The position numbers were made by a program, and so were the translations under genes. From the UHGV virus genome UHGV-0218797: 37,616 bases of DNA. The stretch is one strand, 5' to 3'. This DNA comes from a virus. The notes under the pieces were generated by a model, which was given only the letters and a program-made list of their open reading frames with translations, searched no databases and was not told the DNA's origin. Below, piece by piece: positions 1-8,790 of the stretch; position 1 is the first letter of the stretch; each line of letters begins with the position of its first letter.

Positions 1-145
1 ATTTCAGGGATTCCGGGTCAAGTTCGGAGGCTGGCCAGTGCTTGAATTTATGATCAGCAAACGGAGAAACCAATATCTGGACCGCCTCTTTCACCTTGCC
101 GCGAAGCCTGGGAAATAATGCCATGAACGAATAGAGATTTAAGGA

Positions 146-727
146 TTAAACAAGCTCCTGCGCCATGCTGAACGCATCGTCGCAGCGGTTCAGCCATCCT
201 TTGCCGAACACGGGGAACTGTTTGCAAGAATGGTAAAATGATTTGCGCCGTTCGTTCAGAGTGGAGAGAAATTCGGACTCTCCCGTTTGGGCGAGAACGG
301 TTTTTAACATCTGCCGGGTTTGTTTTCCCGGGATGCCGTCCACCACAAGCCCGGCGCCGTTAATATTCAGCGCGCGCTGCAAAATCTTCCCGGTATTCCT
401 GCTCCCGGAATTGAAAAAATGGTCCCGCAGGATGAATTCAACGCCAGGAAAAGCGTCGGAACCCAGCCAGGAGCGCACGGCGGCGGTATTATCCAGCACA
501 TACTGGAGACATCCTTCCCAGGCCTCTTCACGTCTTCCGGCATTCAGCAGGGCCTTCAACCTGTTAAACACGTCCGGTTCAATACCGTCGCAAATGCCGC
601 AAATCTCCCACTTGCCGCCCTTGTCGGCGGCGGGAAGGCGGGAAACGCGCAGGGAATCCGGCCCGGTGACGAGGCTGTCTTCAAAGCGGAGGATGGCCGC
701 AGCCATCTTTCTTTCTATAGTATTCAT
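146..727 (-). CDS. Endolysin-like glycoside hydrolase family 108 with a C-terminal PG_binding_3 domain.
   Basis: The N-terminal motifs FEDSLV...DKGGKWEICGI resemble the GH108 EGG...DPGG...GIT region. The C-terminal LVVDGIPGKQTRQMLK matches the PG_binding_3 pattern. The start was chosen at the internal Met MNTIERK, which gives an ATGA overlap with the upstream ORF; the track ORF runs 146-805. Confidence 0.7.
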   Translation of the reverse strand: MNTIERKMAAAILRFEDSLVTGPDSLRVSRLPAADKGGKWEICGICDGIEPDVFNRLKALLNAGRREEAWEGCLQYVLDNTAAVRSWLGSDAFPGVEFILRDHFFNSGSRNTGKILQRALNINGAGLVVDGIPGKQTRQMLKTVLAQTGESEFLSTLNERRKSFYHSCKQFPVFGKGWLNRCDDAFSMAQELV

Positions 728-912
728 TCGTTCAGATTGTCGATAAGTTGCACAAGCCGCTTGCCTTCCACGGTGTAGCAATGGCACCTGGCATGCAAAT
801 GCCACTCATTAAATTGAGCCAGGAAAAAAGCGGCGTCTCTTTCGGTAAGAAAAATTTTCATCCACTGCTCCTTTCCGGGTTCGTCCACAATGAGTATGTA
901 CAGGGTAGGCAT
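724..912 (-). CDS. Hypothetical 62-aa protein, translationally coupled to the lysin by an ATGA overlap.
   Basis: ORF on the same strand whose stop overlaps the lysin start. No recognisable domain. Confidence 0.35.
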   Translation of the reverse strand: MPTLYILIVDEPGKEQWMKIFLTERDAAFFLAQFNEWHLHARCHCYTVEGKRLVQLIDNLNE

Positions 913-1122
913 GCGGAAACTATTGATTATTAACTAAAGGGAACTTGTAAGAAAAACTTTACAGTTGGTGTTATCGTCCGCACCGAGAAAAGTACAAGAG
1001 AATGGCCAGTGCAGTGAGCCATACCCCGATACCATATCCAGGTTCCCCTATACACATGAGGGTAAATCCCAAAACTGTTGCTGATAAAATGGCCATTAAC
1101 GACAGAAAGAATTGTTCTTCAT

Positions 1123-1374
1123 TCACTTTTCCAGCTTCCTTTCTATGTTTTCGATGCGCACGGCAAGCAGTTGAATCGCCTTGGCCGTCTCCACCTGGGC
1201 CTGCGTCTGCATGGTCATCAAATCACAAAGGCGGTCATTGTGGTGGCTGACCACCTCCCCGATGTACCAGCATGCCCCGCCGCATATCGTCAGCGACATC
1301 AGGACGCAGGCAAACACGGGGGAAGCCTTGGCAAAATCCAGGAAACGCGCCGGTACTTCGGAGAGCTTACACAT
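1123..1374 (-). CDS. Small single-TM protein with a C-terminal coiled coil. Holin or i-spanin-like member of the lysis cassette.
   Basis: Hydrophobic segment SPVFACVLMSLTICGGACWYIG followed by a charged helical tail. Sits beside the lysin. Start placed at the internal Met (MCKLSEV). Confidence 0.35.
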   Translation of the reverse strand: MCKLSEVPARFLDFAKASPVFACVLMSLTICGGACWYIGEVVSHHNDRLCDLMTMQTQAQVETAKAIQLLAVRIENIERKLEK

Positions 1375-1378
1375 GGCC

Positions 1379-1849
1379 TTATTTCTTGGAAGGTACGATC
1401 TGAACAACGGGCGGAACGTCCGTTTCCGGCAGGGCCTGACTGTAGGAGATATGCCCCTGCTCAATGACGAGGCAGGAGCCGTCTTTGCATACCACCGTCT
1501 TTTCCGGCGTCACGTCCACGGAATGGCCGCAGCCGGAGAGAGACATTCCCAAGCCGCCAAGGATGGCGCCAGCGATAACCGCTCCGGCTGCATATAGGGC
1601 CTTTTTCCACCAAGTGGACGCGCCGGAAGCCTTGAGGCCGAGATAGGCCCGAACATCTTCCAGCGCATGCTTACCGATGATCGGGAGGGCAGTATTTGCT
1701 ACGGCAATCCATCCTTGTTGATCGTTTTCCGTCAGGTCTGCCCAGTGAGGGATTGGAGTGTTGGACTCATTGTGTGCCTGGGCTGCATAGTACATGTGCA
1801 TTTCTCTGGCGATAGCCTCGGCATGATTGCATTGATTATTAGTAGTCAT
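1379..1849 (-). CDS. Membrane protein, 156 aa. Possible spanin, lipoprotein or holin of the lysis cassette.
   Basis: Central TM segment ALYAAGAVIAGAILGGLGMSLSGC ends in a lipobox-like LSGC. Adjacent to the lysis genes. Confidence 0.35.
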   Translation of the reverse strand: MTTNNQCNHAEAIAREMHMYYAAQAHNESNTPIPHWADLTENDQQGWIAVANTALPIIGKHALEDVRAYLGLKASGASTWWKKALYAAGAVIAGAILGGLGMSLSGCGHSVDVTPEKTVVCKDGSCLVIEQGHISYSQALPETDVPPVVQIVPSKK

Positions 1850-2271
1850 ATGATTATGTTGTTATTGGTAGAGGTAGTGAAGTAATTGAAAAACTCCACG
1901 GCGGCGGGTTCCGTGATGATAAAAGCCGGGTAGTCCGAGACTGTAAAAATCCTGCGGCCTTTGGTCTCCGCATGGACGGCCTCAACGGTCAAAGACACCG
2001 CATCAATCATTGTATAGGCACCATCCTCCGCAAGGGTCAGGACATCTTTTCCCAGCCTTGCCCATACCTGGACGGCTTGCCAGTCCTCGCCCAGTTCCAC
2101 CAGAGCGGCAACGACGGCGGCCATGGCCGGGGTCTGGTTCGCCGGAATTTCGTCCGCTGTGTAGCGGTCTGTCCGGGTGTAACCGTCCGCGTCCTGATAA
2201 ATGGGCGTCAGGGTAAATTCATCCCACTGTCCCGGCTGGGGAAACTGAATCTGTATCTCTGCATTATTCAT
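1846..2271 (-). CDS. Hypothetical protein downstream of the tail fibre. Possible fibre assembly or chaperone protein.
   Basis: ATGA-coupled to the fibre gene. No recognisable motif. Confidence 0.45.
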   Translation of the reverse strand: MNNAEIQIQFPQPGQWDEFTLTPIYQDADGYTRTDRYTADEIPANQTPAMAAVVAALVELGEDWQAVQVWARLGKDVLTLAEDGAYTMIDAVSLTVEAVHAETKGRRIFTVSDYPAFIITEPAAVEFFNYFTTSTNNNIII

Positions 2272-2273
2272 GA

Positions 2274-4571
2274 TTAGAGAGGTATGTTAATGTCCACAAA
2301 ATCTGCCGTTTCTTCGGTTTCAATACAGTTGCGGGATATCGCATCCAGACCATAGAAAACCGGATTAACATTTCCGGGATGGTAATAGGTGTACTCTCCG
2401 GTTCCCGCATAAACGGAAACATCGCCAGCCGTATTATTCACCACATCAGCCACCCATTGAGAAACGCCAACCCCGGTTTCAAAATTGCTGACCCCCCGGC
2501 ATGTGGCAATTTGATACAAATTATACCCCTGACCTCCGGTGAGCATGAGCCAGAGCGCGCCCGTATCCTCATACTTGGCAATATTGGCTGCAGATTTCTG
2601 CTGGTAAATAACCTTGGCAATCGTCCACGGAACAGGCTCATTCTGACTGGCTGGGATGAAGCTGGTGGTGGTTTTCACCTGCCAGCCAGCCGCGGCTGTC
2701 AGCGCGTAAATCTCACGCACCTTTATTATATAACCGTTGCGCTGTGTGTCCCTGACATTGTCAAAAGTAATATCCAGAATTTCACCGTGATTGTAAGCCA
2801 AACCGTTTGCCGGGATAATACTGTAAGAATCTATGGAAAGGTCGGGACGAATCGTCTTCCCGCCGCGTCCGATACCAAAGGACAACTTTGCGGCATTGGT
2901 AGCGCGCCAAAGGAAAGAGAACCCGGCGAAACTGGAATAATTCCATTGAGGATTACTCACCTCAAATCTCGCCTGAATGGTCGAATGAGTACCCTTGGGA
3001 ACCTTAATACCAGCCAAATGGTAGGGAACTGTTTTGGCGACTGTCGAAGATCCTGACGCGGTAATGGCATCCGTATTGAGGAAAGCATTAGAGGTTAGGA
3101 TGCCCGTCACGCCGGCCATGCCCGCGGCATACAGACGGTTGACCGCCCCCGTATCGGTCGCCGCTCCCACGGCCAGCGGAATGTTCACCCCTCCGTTGGC
3201 GTTAATAGCCCCGGCCGCCGTCAGACCTCCGGCCAGCGTCATGTTGCCGGAGGCGTCCACTTGAGGCATGGCCGCCAGGGCGTTAGCCGCCGCCGTCGCG
3301 GAGTTGGCCGCGCTGGTGGCAGAGGTTGCGGCATTATCGGCAGCCGTGGCCGCGGCAGCGGCGGACTGGCCAGCCGTCTGCGCCGCAGCCTCGGCGGTCG
3401 CGGAAGATTGGCGCACATCCCGTCCCAGGCTATCCAGTTGCCGCGCGGTGGCCAGCTCCATCCCTCCCAGGGTGATGCCGTCGTCATAGTCCACTACTAC
3501 GGTCATCAGCGGGGCCATCGTGCCGTTCACGGTGGGCGGGTTGGTCACCTCCGTCACCAGGCCGCGCCCAGGGACGGACGGAGTAAGCACGGCGTGCATG
3601 CCCAGCGCGTAGGGCGTCATCTCGGTCCCTTCGCATACCTGGATAATGATCTTGTCCCCGCGTTGCAACGTAACGCCCGGCGTAAATACCCACGTGGCCG
3701 TCTGGCCGCTGGAAAGGTTGGACACATAGGCGGAGGTGCCAATCAGGCTGTAAGCGCCGTCCGTCAGCCGCCAAATCCGCAGGCAATATTGATTAGCGGC
3801 CGGGGTTTCAAAAAAATACACGGTGGAAATGCTTCTCAGGCGGCAGCTGTCGGGCAGATGCCCCGCCAGAATCTCGTCTCCCCAAGTGAACGCGTAGCCT
3901 CCGACGATGGTCCAGGTGTCGGCGGCATCTCCACTGGACAAGGTGGATTGCCCGGTCACCGCTTCCAATTCCACGCCCGCATCCTTGAGCGCGGCCGGCA
4001 ATTTATTTGCTACAGCCTCATTGACCAATTCCCCGCTTTCCACCTGTTCTTCCAGCGTTTCCACAAGCCGCGTTGCTTCATCCCGGGCCGCTTCGGCCTG
4101 TCGTACAAGTTCCTCGACCACAATGGACGGGTTTTCCACAATGGTTACGGAGCCGTCTTCCGTTTCGGGGATGGAGACATCAAGAGCGCCGGCCACGGCC
4201 GCGGCCTCATTCGTTCCATCCGGAGGCGTAACGCGGGACACTACATGCACGGATCCCTTCAACAAGGGGTATTCTTTTCCCGATGCGTCGGTCAGAAAAA
4301 TATCATATGCGCCGCATCCGGCGGCCAGCCTCGGCCATGTCACCAATGCCGTACTCACCCCCGTAACGGCACAGTCCAGCATGATCACCCCATCCTGTAC
4401 CACCGCGCCGCGTAGCGTCATGCCGCTGATGTCCATATCCTCACCGGAAGGAGAAATAAAATGCAGCGCAAGAGACTGCGGCAGGGATTCCGTGGCGTGT
4501 ACGTTGTAGTTGGCAGCTTGCCTCATGCACGCATTATCGCCCCAACGTGAGGGAGGGTACAACAATGTCAA
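2274..4571 (-). CDS. Tail fibre or receptor-binding protein, 765 aa.
   Basis: Long Ala/Thr/Ser-rich low-complexity stretch (AAAQTAGQSAAAAATAADNAATSATSAANSATAAANALAAM) and a Gly-rich beta-type C-terminal region typical of fibres. TTG start embedded in the GTCAAAATGGGCTACG motif. Confidence 0.55.
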   Translation of the reverse strand: MTLLYPPSRWGDNACMRQAANYNVHATESLPQSLALHFISPSGEDMDISGMTLRGAVVQDGVIMLDCAVTGVSTALVTWPRLAAGCGAYDIFLTDASGKEYPLLKGSVHVVSRVTPPDGTNEAAAVAGALDVSIPETEDGSVTIVENPSIVVEELVRQAEAARDEATRLVETLEEQVESGELVNEAVANKLPAALKDAGVELEAVTGQSTLSSGDAADTWTIVGGYAFTWGDEILAGHLPDSCRLRSISTVYFFETPAANQYCLRIWRLTDGAYSLIGTSAYVSNLSSGQTATWVFTPGVTLQRGDKIIIQVCEGTEMTPYALGMHAVLTPSVPGRGLVTEVTNPPTVNGTMAPLMTVVVDYDDGITLGGMELATARQLDSLGRDVRQSSATAEAAAQTAGQSAAAAATAADNAATSATSAANSATAAANALAAMPQVDASGNMTLAGGLTAAGAINANGGVNIPLAVGAATDTGAVNRLYAAGMAGVTGILTSNAFLNTDAITASGSSTVAKTVPYHLAGIKVPKGTHSTIQARFEVSNPQWNYSSFAGFSFLWRATNAAKLSFGIGRGGKTIRPDLSIDSYSIIPANGLAYNHGEILDITFDNVRDTQRNGYIIKVREIYALTAAAGWQVKTTTSFIPASQNEPVPWTIAKVIYQQKSAANIAKYEDTGALWLMLTGGQGYNLYQIATCRGVSNFETGVGVSQWVADVVNNTAGDVSVYAGTGEYTYYHPGNVNPVFYGLDAISRNCIETEETADFVDINIPL

Positions 4572-4582
4572 AATGGGCTACG
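4567..4582 (+). repeat. Copy a of the 16-nt motif GTCAAAATGGGCTACG.
   Basis: Exact 16-mer at the TerL/fibre junction. The fibre TTG start is the reverse complement of the CAA inside the motif. Confidence 0.8.
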
Positions 4583-4589
4583 AACAGTC

Positions 4590-6107
4590 CTAAATGGGAT
4601 AAAATTTCCCCGTATGTTTGACGGCGTGCTGACTCTTGCCCACAATAGGCCTGTTGCCCTCTCCTGTCCAAACTCCGGAAGATCCACGAAAGGAAGCCCA
4701 TATAGCCCCCAGCAAGGCGTCCGCGCGATCAGGAGAAGACAGGTTGCGAGCCTTCATTTTCTCCTTCTTCTCGTTCCTGAGCCTGGAATCGTCCGCATAT
4801 TCTTTCTTCCGGGTAGTCAACTGCACGAAAAGCGTCTTGTCCGGCCGCCTGGACCTGATATGCACTCGCCCGGTCATGAGTTCCAGTCCGGCGTCATTCC
4901 AGCATTCCGCCGAGAGATTGATGTAGCGGTCGCGGTCTTCCGGAGGGTTGTTCCCAAAGAACTCATTCGGATACCAACCTGATTCATTAAAATCGCTGAT
5001 GACAGCCAGGCCCATGCCCGGAGCGTCCACCCACAAATCACAATCCGCAATGCCCAGCCCCTTGAGGGTGGCAATGCACTTGCGGACACTCTGCACCGTG
5101 TCCCGCTGTCGTTCCGCGTATTCAATCCAGGCTTCGTTTCCGTCGCAGATGGCAAGGACTGTTTCATCCCCGCCCGCGGCAATGTCCAGGAAGGCCACGG
5201 GGCGCCCCCTGCGCGGCTCGTAGGGCTGCCGCTGACCCCATTCCAGTTTTCCAGGGTCAATGATGTACAAATCTCCTTCCAGCGTGAATTCCGCCAGCAC
5301 GACGGAACGGAAATAGGAATCATCCTCATTACCCCCCACACGGGCCAGAATGCGGTCAATGCGCTCCTGGGAGATATGGGGGCAATCAAAGGCCGTTACC
5401 ACCATCGGACAGAAGAGGTCTTTTTCCTCGTGGAAACAGCGATAAAATTGCCCTTCCGGCTTGCCTGGGGATGAAAGGTAGATGCAGAATTGAAGCGTAC
5501 ATCGTTCAATGGCGTCAAAGATTTCATCAGGAACCGTCTTTGCCTCGTCCACCACGAAAAACACGGGGGAAGAAGGATCATCCCCGGTAAACTCGTCAAC
5601 GTCAAACAGACGGGCTTTCTTCTCGCTGCGGGGGTCTTCCTCCTCCTGTTCCTTCCGCTCATCCTTGAATTCGTCCGTCACACGCCCGTGCCAGCCTTCC
5701 GCCTTCCCGGCGTGGTTGGTGGAAAAGCCTTCGATGAATCCCCCTTCCGGCGTTTCCACGCGGCAATTCTTGAGCCATTTCCAGCCCGCAAGGGATGGGT
5801 TGTTCCGGTGCCGTTCCAGGGCAGGCCAGAGCTGGTTTTTTACCTGGCGCCATGAGCCGGACGTAATAGGCATACGCCCACGGGGGTAGCGCCAGAGAAA
5901 CCATAGGGCAAGGATACCAATTACCTTGTCCGTCTTGCCGGAACCATTAGCAGCGCGCAGGGCAACCCGCTTTCCCCGGGCAGCCCTTTCAAGGGCCCGC
6001 ATCTGCCATTTGTACAGCCCTGTTTCCCCCAGAATCAGGGCGGCAAAGATGACGGGAGAGTCTTCCGGCCTGACCGGAGCCCCTAGCTTTCTTCCTCTTC
6101 GGACCAT
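4590..6107 (-). CDS. Terminase large subunit.
   Basis: Walker A AANGSGKT, Walker B FFVVDEAK, and a C-terminal nuclease-like region. Overlaps the upstream TerS. Confidence 0.85.
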   Translation of the reverse strand: MVRRGRKLGAPVRPEDSPVIFAALILGETGLYKWQMRALERAARGKRVALRAANGSGKTDKVIGILALWFLWRYPRGRMPITSGSWRQVKNQLWPALERHRNNPSLAGWKWLKNCRVETPEGGFIEGFSTNHAGKAEGWHGRVTDEFKDERKEQEEEDPRSEKKARLFDVDEFTGDDPSSPVFFVVDEAKTVPDEIFDAIERCTLQFCIYLSSPGKPEGQFYRCFHEEKDLFCPMVVTAFDCPHISQERIDRILARVGGNEDDSYFRSVVLAEFTLEGDLYIIDPGKLEWGQRQPYEPRRGRPVAFLDIAAGGDETVLAICDGNEAWIEYAERQRDTVQSVRKCIATLKGLGIADCDLWVDAPGMGLAVISDFNESGWYPNEFFGNNPPEDRDRYINLSAECWNDAGLELMTGRVHIRSRRPDKTLFVQLTTRKKEYADDSRLRNEKKEKMKARNLSSPDRADALLGAIWASFRGSSGVWTGEGNRPIVGKSQHAVKHTGKFYPI

Positions 6108-6571
6108 ATTTCTCTCAAGGCTGTCACTAACGGAACGATTGCTTCTGCTGGAAGTTTATGGGTCACCTCTACGTTTTTTTCTCCACCTTCCAGAGCCAAC
6201 GCCGCACGGTCTCCGTACTTCTTCGGCATCAGCTTGGCAAGCATCCATTTGAGTGTGTCTATTTCCAACTTGACCGCCTGCAACATGGTTCCCCCTATTT
6301 CGGCACGTGGGGCCACTTCATGCCCTTTCTCCACAAGGTCAAGCAACTTGTCTTCTAGGGCGGCAAGCCGTTCCTCGCACGCGCGCGCGTATTGGTTTGC
6401 AAAATCCGCGTTCTCTCTGGCCCAATTCATCACCGTGGGATGGGGAATGCCTTCCTTTTCGGCAGCCTTCCTCAGACTATCCCCGCAACGTATATGACCG
6501 CAAATGCGTTCAGAGAGGGCAGCGCTATACCTGGAAACATTTCCCTTCTTCCCGGTCCTCTCTTTCTTCAT
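6083..6571 (-). CDS. Terminase small subunit, HTH-containing.
   Basis: The segment YSAALSERICGHIRCGDSLRKAAEKEGIPHPTVMNWARENADFANQYARA resembles the terminase small-subunit HTH region. Lies immediately upstream of and overlapping TerL. Start chosen at the ATGA overlap with the upstream ORF. Confidence 0.6.
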   Translation of the reverse strand: MKKERTGKKGNVSRYSAALSERICGHIRCGDSLRKAAEKEGIPHPTVMNWARENADFANQYARACEERLAALEDKLLDLVEKGHEVAPRAEIGGTMLQAVKLEIDTLKWMLAKLMPKKYGDRAALALEGGEKNVEVTHKLPAEAIVPLVTALREIWSEEEES

Positions 6572-6897
6572 TTCGCATACTCCTTGTTGATTTTTTCCCA
6601 CCCTGCCGGAGGTATATCGTCCTGGCGGGGAACGTACGCCTTTCCGGAGAGTTTCACATATCCTTCAATCCAGCGCAGCCCTTCCGCGTCAATACAGCGT
6701 TCAAAGCTGGGGCAGTCCGCGTTATCGTAGAGGATACTATCAGGTTTACGCTCATAAGCGCTACATTCCATACTACCCGGGTTGAGCTTCTTCTTGGAGC
6801 ACAAAAGGCATTTCATCAGGAGAGGGTGGGATGTTTTGCATCCTTTGAAATCAGACTCCCAAATTCTCTTGTGCGCTGGTGATGTTTCTTCTTTCAT
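6568..6897 (-). CDS. Cys-rich small protein, 109 aa. Possibly Zn-binding or HNH-like.
   Basis: Several Cys and His residues (CKTSHP...CLLC...C...C). It is a packaging-adjacent gene. Confidence 0.35.
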   Translation of the reverse strand: MKEETSPAHKRIWESDFKGCKTSHPLLMKCLLCSKKKLNPGSMECSAYERKPDSILYDNADCPSFERCIDAEGLRWIEGYVKLSGKAYVPRQDDIPPAGWEKINKEYAK

Positions 6898-6901
6898 ATC
6901 A

Positions 6902-8497
6902 TTATTGTATCAATTCACAGTCAATGATCAATTTCCCGTTCTGATTATGGAATTGGAGAAATTTGAGGGTTCCTCCCTTCTGGATGATGATTTCATCTTC
7001 ACTGCTAAAATAGGTTTGCGGGCTAAGGCCGTCCCAGTCCTTACCGGCCCCTGCCCCGAATCTGGAAAAGGGCTCTGCATAAATGGCACGGGTTTTCTTC
7101 TTCAGGAGAATTCTGAACAACACGGGACGGTTCATGAATCCTTTCCCCTCCGCTACGGCAGCAGACATGAAACCTTCGTCTTTGAGAGGGTTTCCCACTA
7201 CGGAGAGATTGAGCATATCAACCAGCTCGTCTGTTATTTCTTCTCCTTTCCAGTTCAAAGCGTCTTTCAATTCCTTGTAAACCCCACAGCCACGGAAAAC
7301 AACCATGTCTTGAGGCACTTTGCATCTGTCAATGACTTTGGCGATCTGTTTCGCCTTGGCGTTGGACTTCCCCTTCCTCAAATCGTTGTTGATGCGGGCA
7401 TATCCATTTCCGGTGTAGGAAAACAAAGCGTTCTTTTCCAGTCTGGATGCCTTTGCCCACACTTCCCCGGTAACGCTTCGCAAAAGGTCATCAGCTTCCT
7501 TATCCGTCAACGGGGCAGGCATCTTCACCTTGGGGACATCTCCCAGGCTGACCGTGTGCGTGACGGCTGAGACTGGCGCAGGAATGGGAGCAGAGGGAAC
7601 CTTGATGACTTTCTCCGCCGTTTCCCTGGCCTTTTTCGCCACTTCCTGTGAGGGAAAGACAACCTCATCAGATTTGTCCTGTTTGACTCCCCAGCGGTCT
7701 TCATAGACCTTTTTCAATTTGGCCTTCAGTTCCTCCGGCAACTTCGCCGTACTGGCCTTCTTGCCGTACCCGTACCGTTCAATCAGGTCAATCCCGAAGC
7801 GCTCCGCACCCCTTGGACGCTTCAACGGCTCCCCGGGTTTGAGTAGTCCCAGCCGTTCGCATTCTTCCCGGGAAACAGGCTCCTGATCCATGTAGGAGTT
7901 GAAGCCGAACGGCGGCCAGGGGACCTCAAAGCCCCCGAGGCTGGCGGCGTTCATTTCGTCTGCCCAAAAAGTAAAGTCGGTTTTAAGCCGGACAGCATCT
8001 TCGTTGACGACATGAACAAGCCGCTTTGTCTTGGCTCCCGGAAAGCGGATGAACCGGAAAGCAGGCCATGCTTTGAGATTGGCTGGTTTCATGGATGCCT
8101 CCCATTGAGCAGCCCCAATGCTTTGCCGGACGTTGGTCTTGAAAATGAGCTTCAGACGGGCCAGAGCACCGATGTTTTTAATATCGTTGTGATACTTCGG
8201 GCCTTCGGCGTCCGGTGGAACAAGTCCCTCGGTTTGGAGCCATTGAAGTGCCTGGTTGGAAAAGTCCGCGGCGCTTCCTACCTTGATAACCGTTTCCCCA
8301 TTGGGTAAAGTCTCCTTTTCTCCTGTCAGATAATTCTTAATCAACCTGTGCAGCCGTTCCAGCAATCTGATATTCTCCACCTTGGAAGAGAAAAACTTGT
8401 TTTCCTTCATGGCAGCGTTCAGAGCAGCCCATTCCTTTGAATCCATGCCGGAGGGTGTGGGATGTTTTGCCAGGAATTTTTCCAGGGGTGTTACCAT
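6902..8497 (-). CDS. Head-morphogenesis-like protein (tentatively MuF/SPP1 gp7-like) fused to a C-terminal ADP-ribosyltransferase domain. Resembles a MuF-type polymorphic toxin.
   Basis: The C-terminus carries YTGNGYARINNDLR, then R in VVFRG, an STS-like GFMSAAV and an ExE-like SSEDEII. This is the R-S-E arrangement of C3/iota-like mono-ART domains. The N-terminal PP..F motif is weakly MuF-like. Confidence 0.6.
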   Translation of the reverse strand: MVTPLEKFLAKHPTPSGMDSKEWAALNAAMKENKFFSSKVENIRLLERLHRLIKNYLTGEKETLPNGETVIKVGSAADFSNQALQWLQTEGLVPPDAEGPKYHNDIKNIGALARLKLIFKTNVRQSIGAAQWEASMKPANLKAWPAFRFIRFPGAKTKRLVHVVNEDAVRLKTDFTFWADEMNAASLGGFEVPWPPFGFNSYMDQEPVSREECERLGLLKPGEPLKRPRGAERFGIDLIERYGYGKKASTAKLPEELKAKLKKVYEDRWGVKQDKSDEVVFPSQEVAKKARETAEKVIKVPSAPIPAPVSAVTHTVSLGDVPKVKMPAPLTDKEADDLLRSVTGEVWAKASRLEKNALFSYTGNGYARINNDLRKGKSNAKAKQIAKVIDRCKVPQDMVVFRGCGVYKELKDALNWKGEEITDELVDMLNLSVVGNPLKDEGFMSAAVAEGKGFMNRPVLFRILLKKKTRAIYAEPFSRFGAGAGKDWDGLSPQTYFSSEDEIIIQKGGTLKFLQFHNQNGKLIIDCELIQ

Positions 8498-8790
8498 AGA
8501 GGCAATTCTGGATGTTCAAAGGGGGGAGGTTCAATCTTGCCAAATTGGGCTACGTGATGTTCCAGAATGCGGACGGCGGGAAGACGGTAGAGTCCGGCGG
8601 ATTCCAGAGCATTGATAATGCTGTTGGCGCGTTCTTCGGCTTCCTGTCTGTCGTTAGTACCAAGTCCCAGCTCGACAAGTTTGCCTTTCTTTCTGGGATC
8701 CACCAGAAGCGTTAAGCGCAGTTTGTAGGATCCGGGCTTTCCTCGCCGCGTCGGCTTGTTTTTTCGCAGGGATGGTTTGGGGGGTCTCAT
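8491..8790 (-). CDS. Hypothetical basic 100-aa protein. ATGA-coupled to dnaB, and its stop overlaps the MuF-like start.
   Basis: The ORF sits between strongly supported genes. Its start ATG overlaps the helicase stop codon. Confidence 0.3.
   Translation of the reverse strand: MRPPKPSLRKNKPTRRGKPGSYKLRLTLLVDPRKKGKLVELGLGTNDRQEAEERANSIINALESAGLYRLPAVRILEHHVAQFGKIEPPPFEHPELPLW
8539..8554 (+). repeat. Copy c, a variant: GCCAAATTGGGCTACG.
   Basis: Two mismatches versus the consensus. Lies about 45 nt upstream of the MuF-like/ART start. Confidence 0.6.

Noticed and set aside
1002-1597. Several plus-strand ORFs of 82-138 aa.
   Set aside because: They overlap the minus-strand lysis-cassette genes, which have membrane-protein features and coupling overlaps. 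No supporting motifs.
3040-3460. Ala-rich repetitive stretch.
   Set aside because: It is low-complexity coding sequence inside the tail fibre gene (Ala/Thr/Ser repeats), not an independent repeat element.
3261-4415. 384-aa plus-strand ORF that is Arg/Gly/His-rich.
   Set aside because: It is a shadow ORF antisense to the well-supported 765-aa fibre gene. Its low-complexity composition is typical of high-GC antisense frames.
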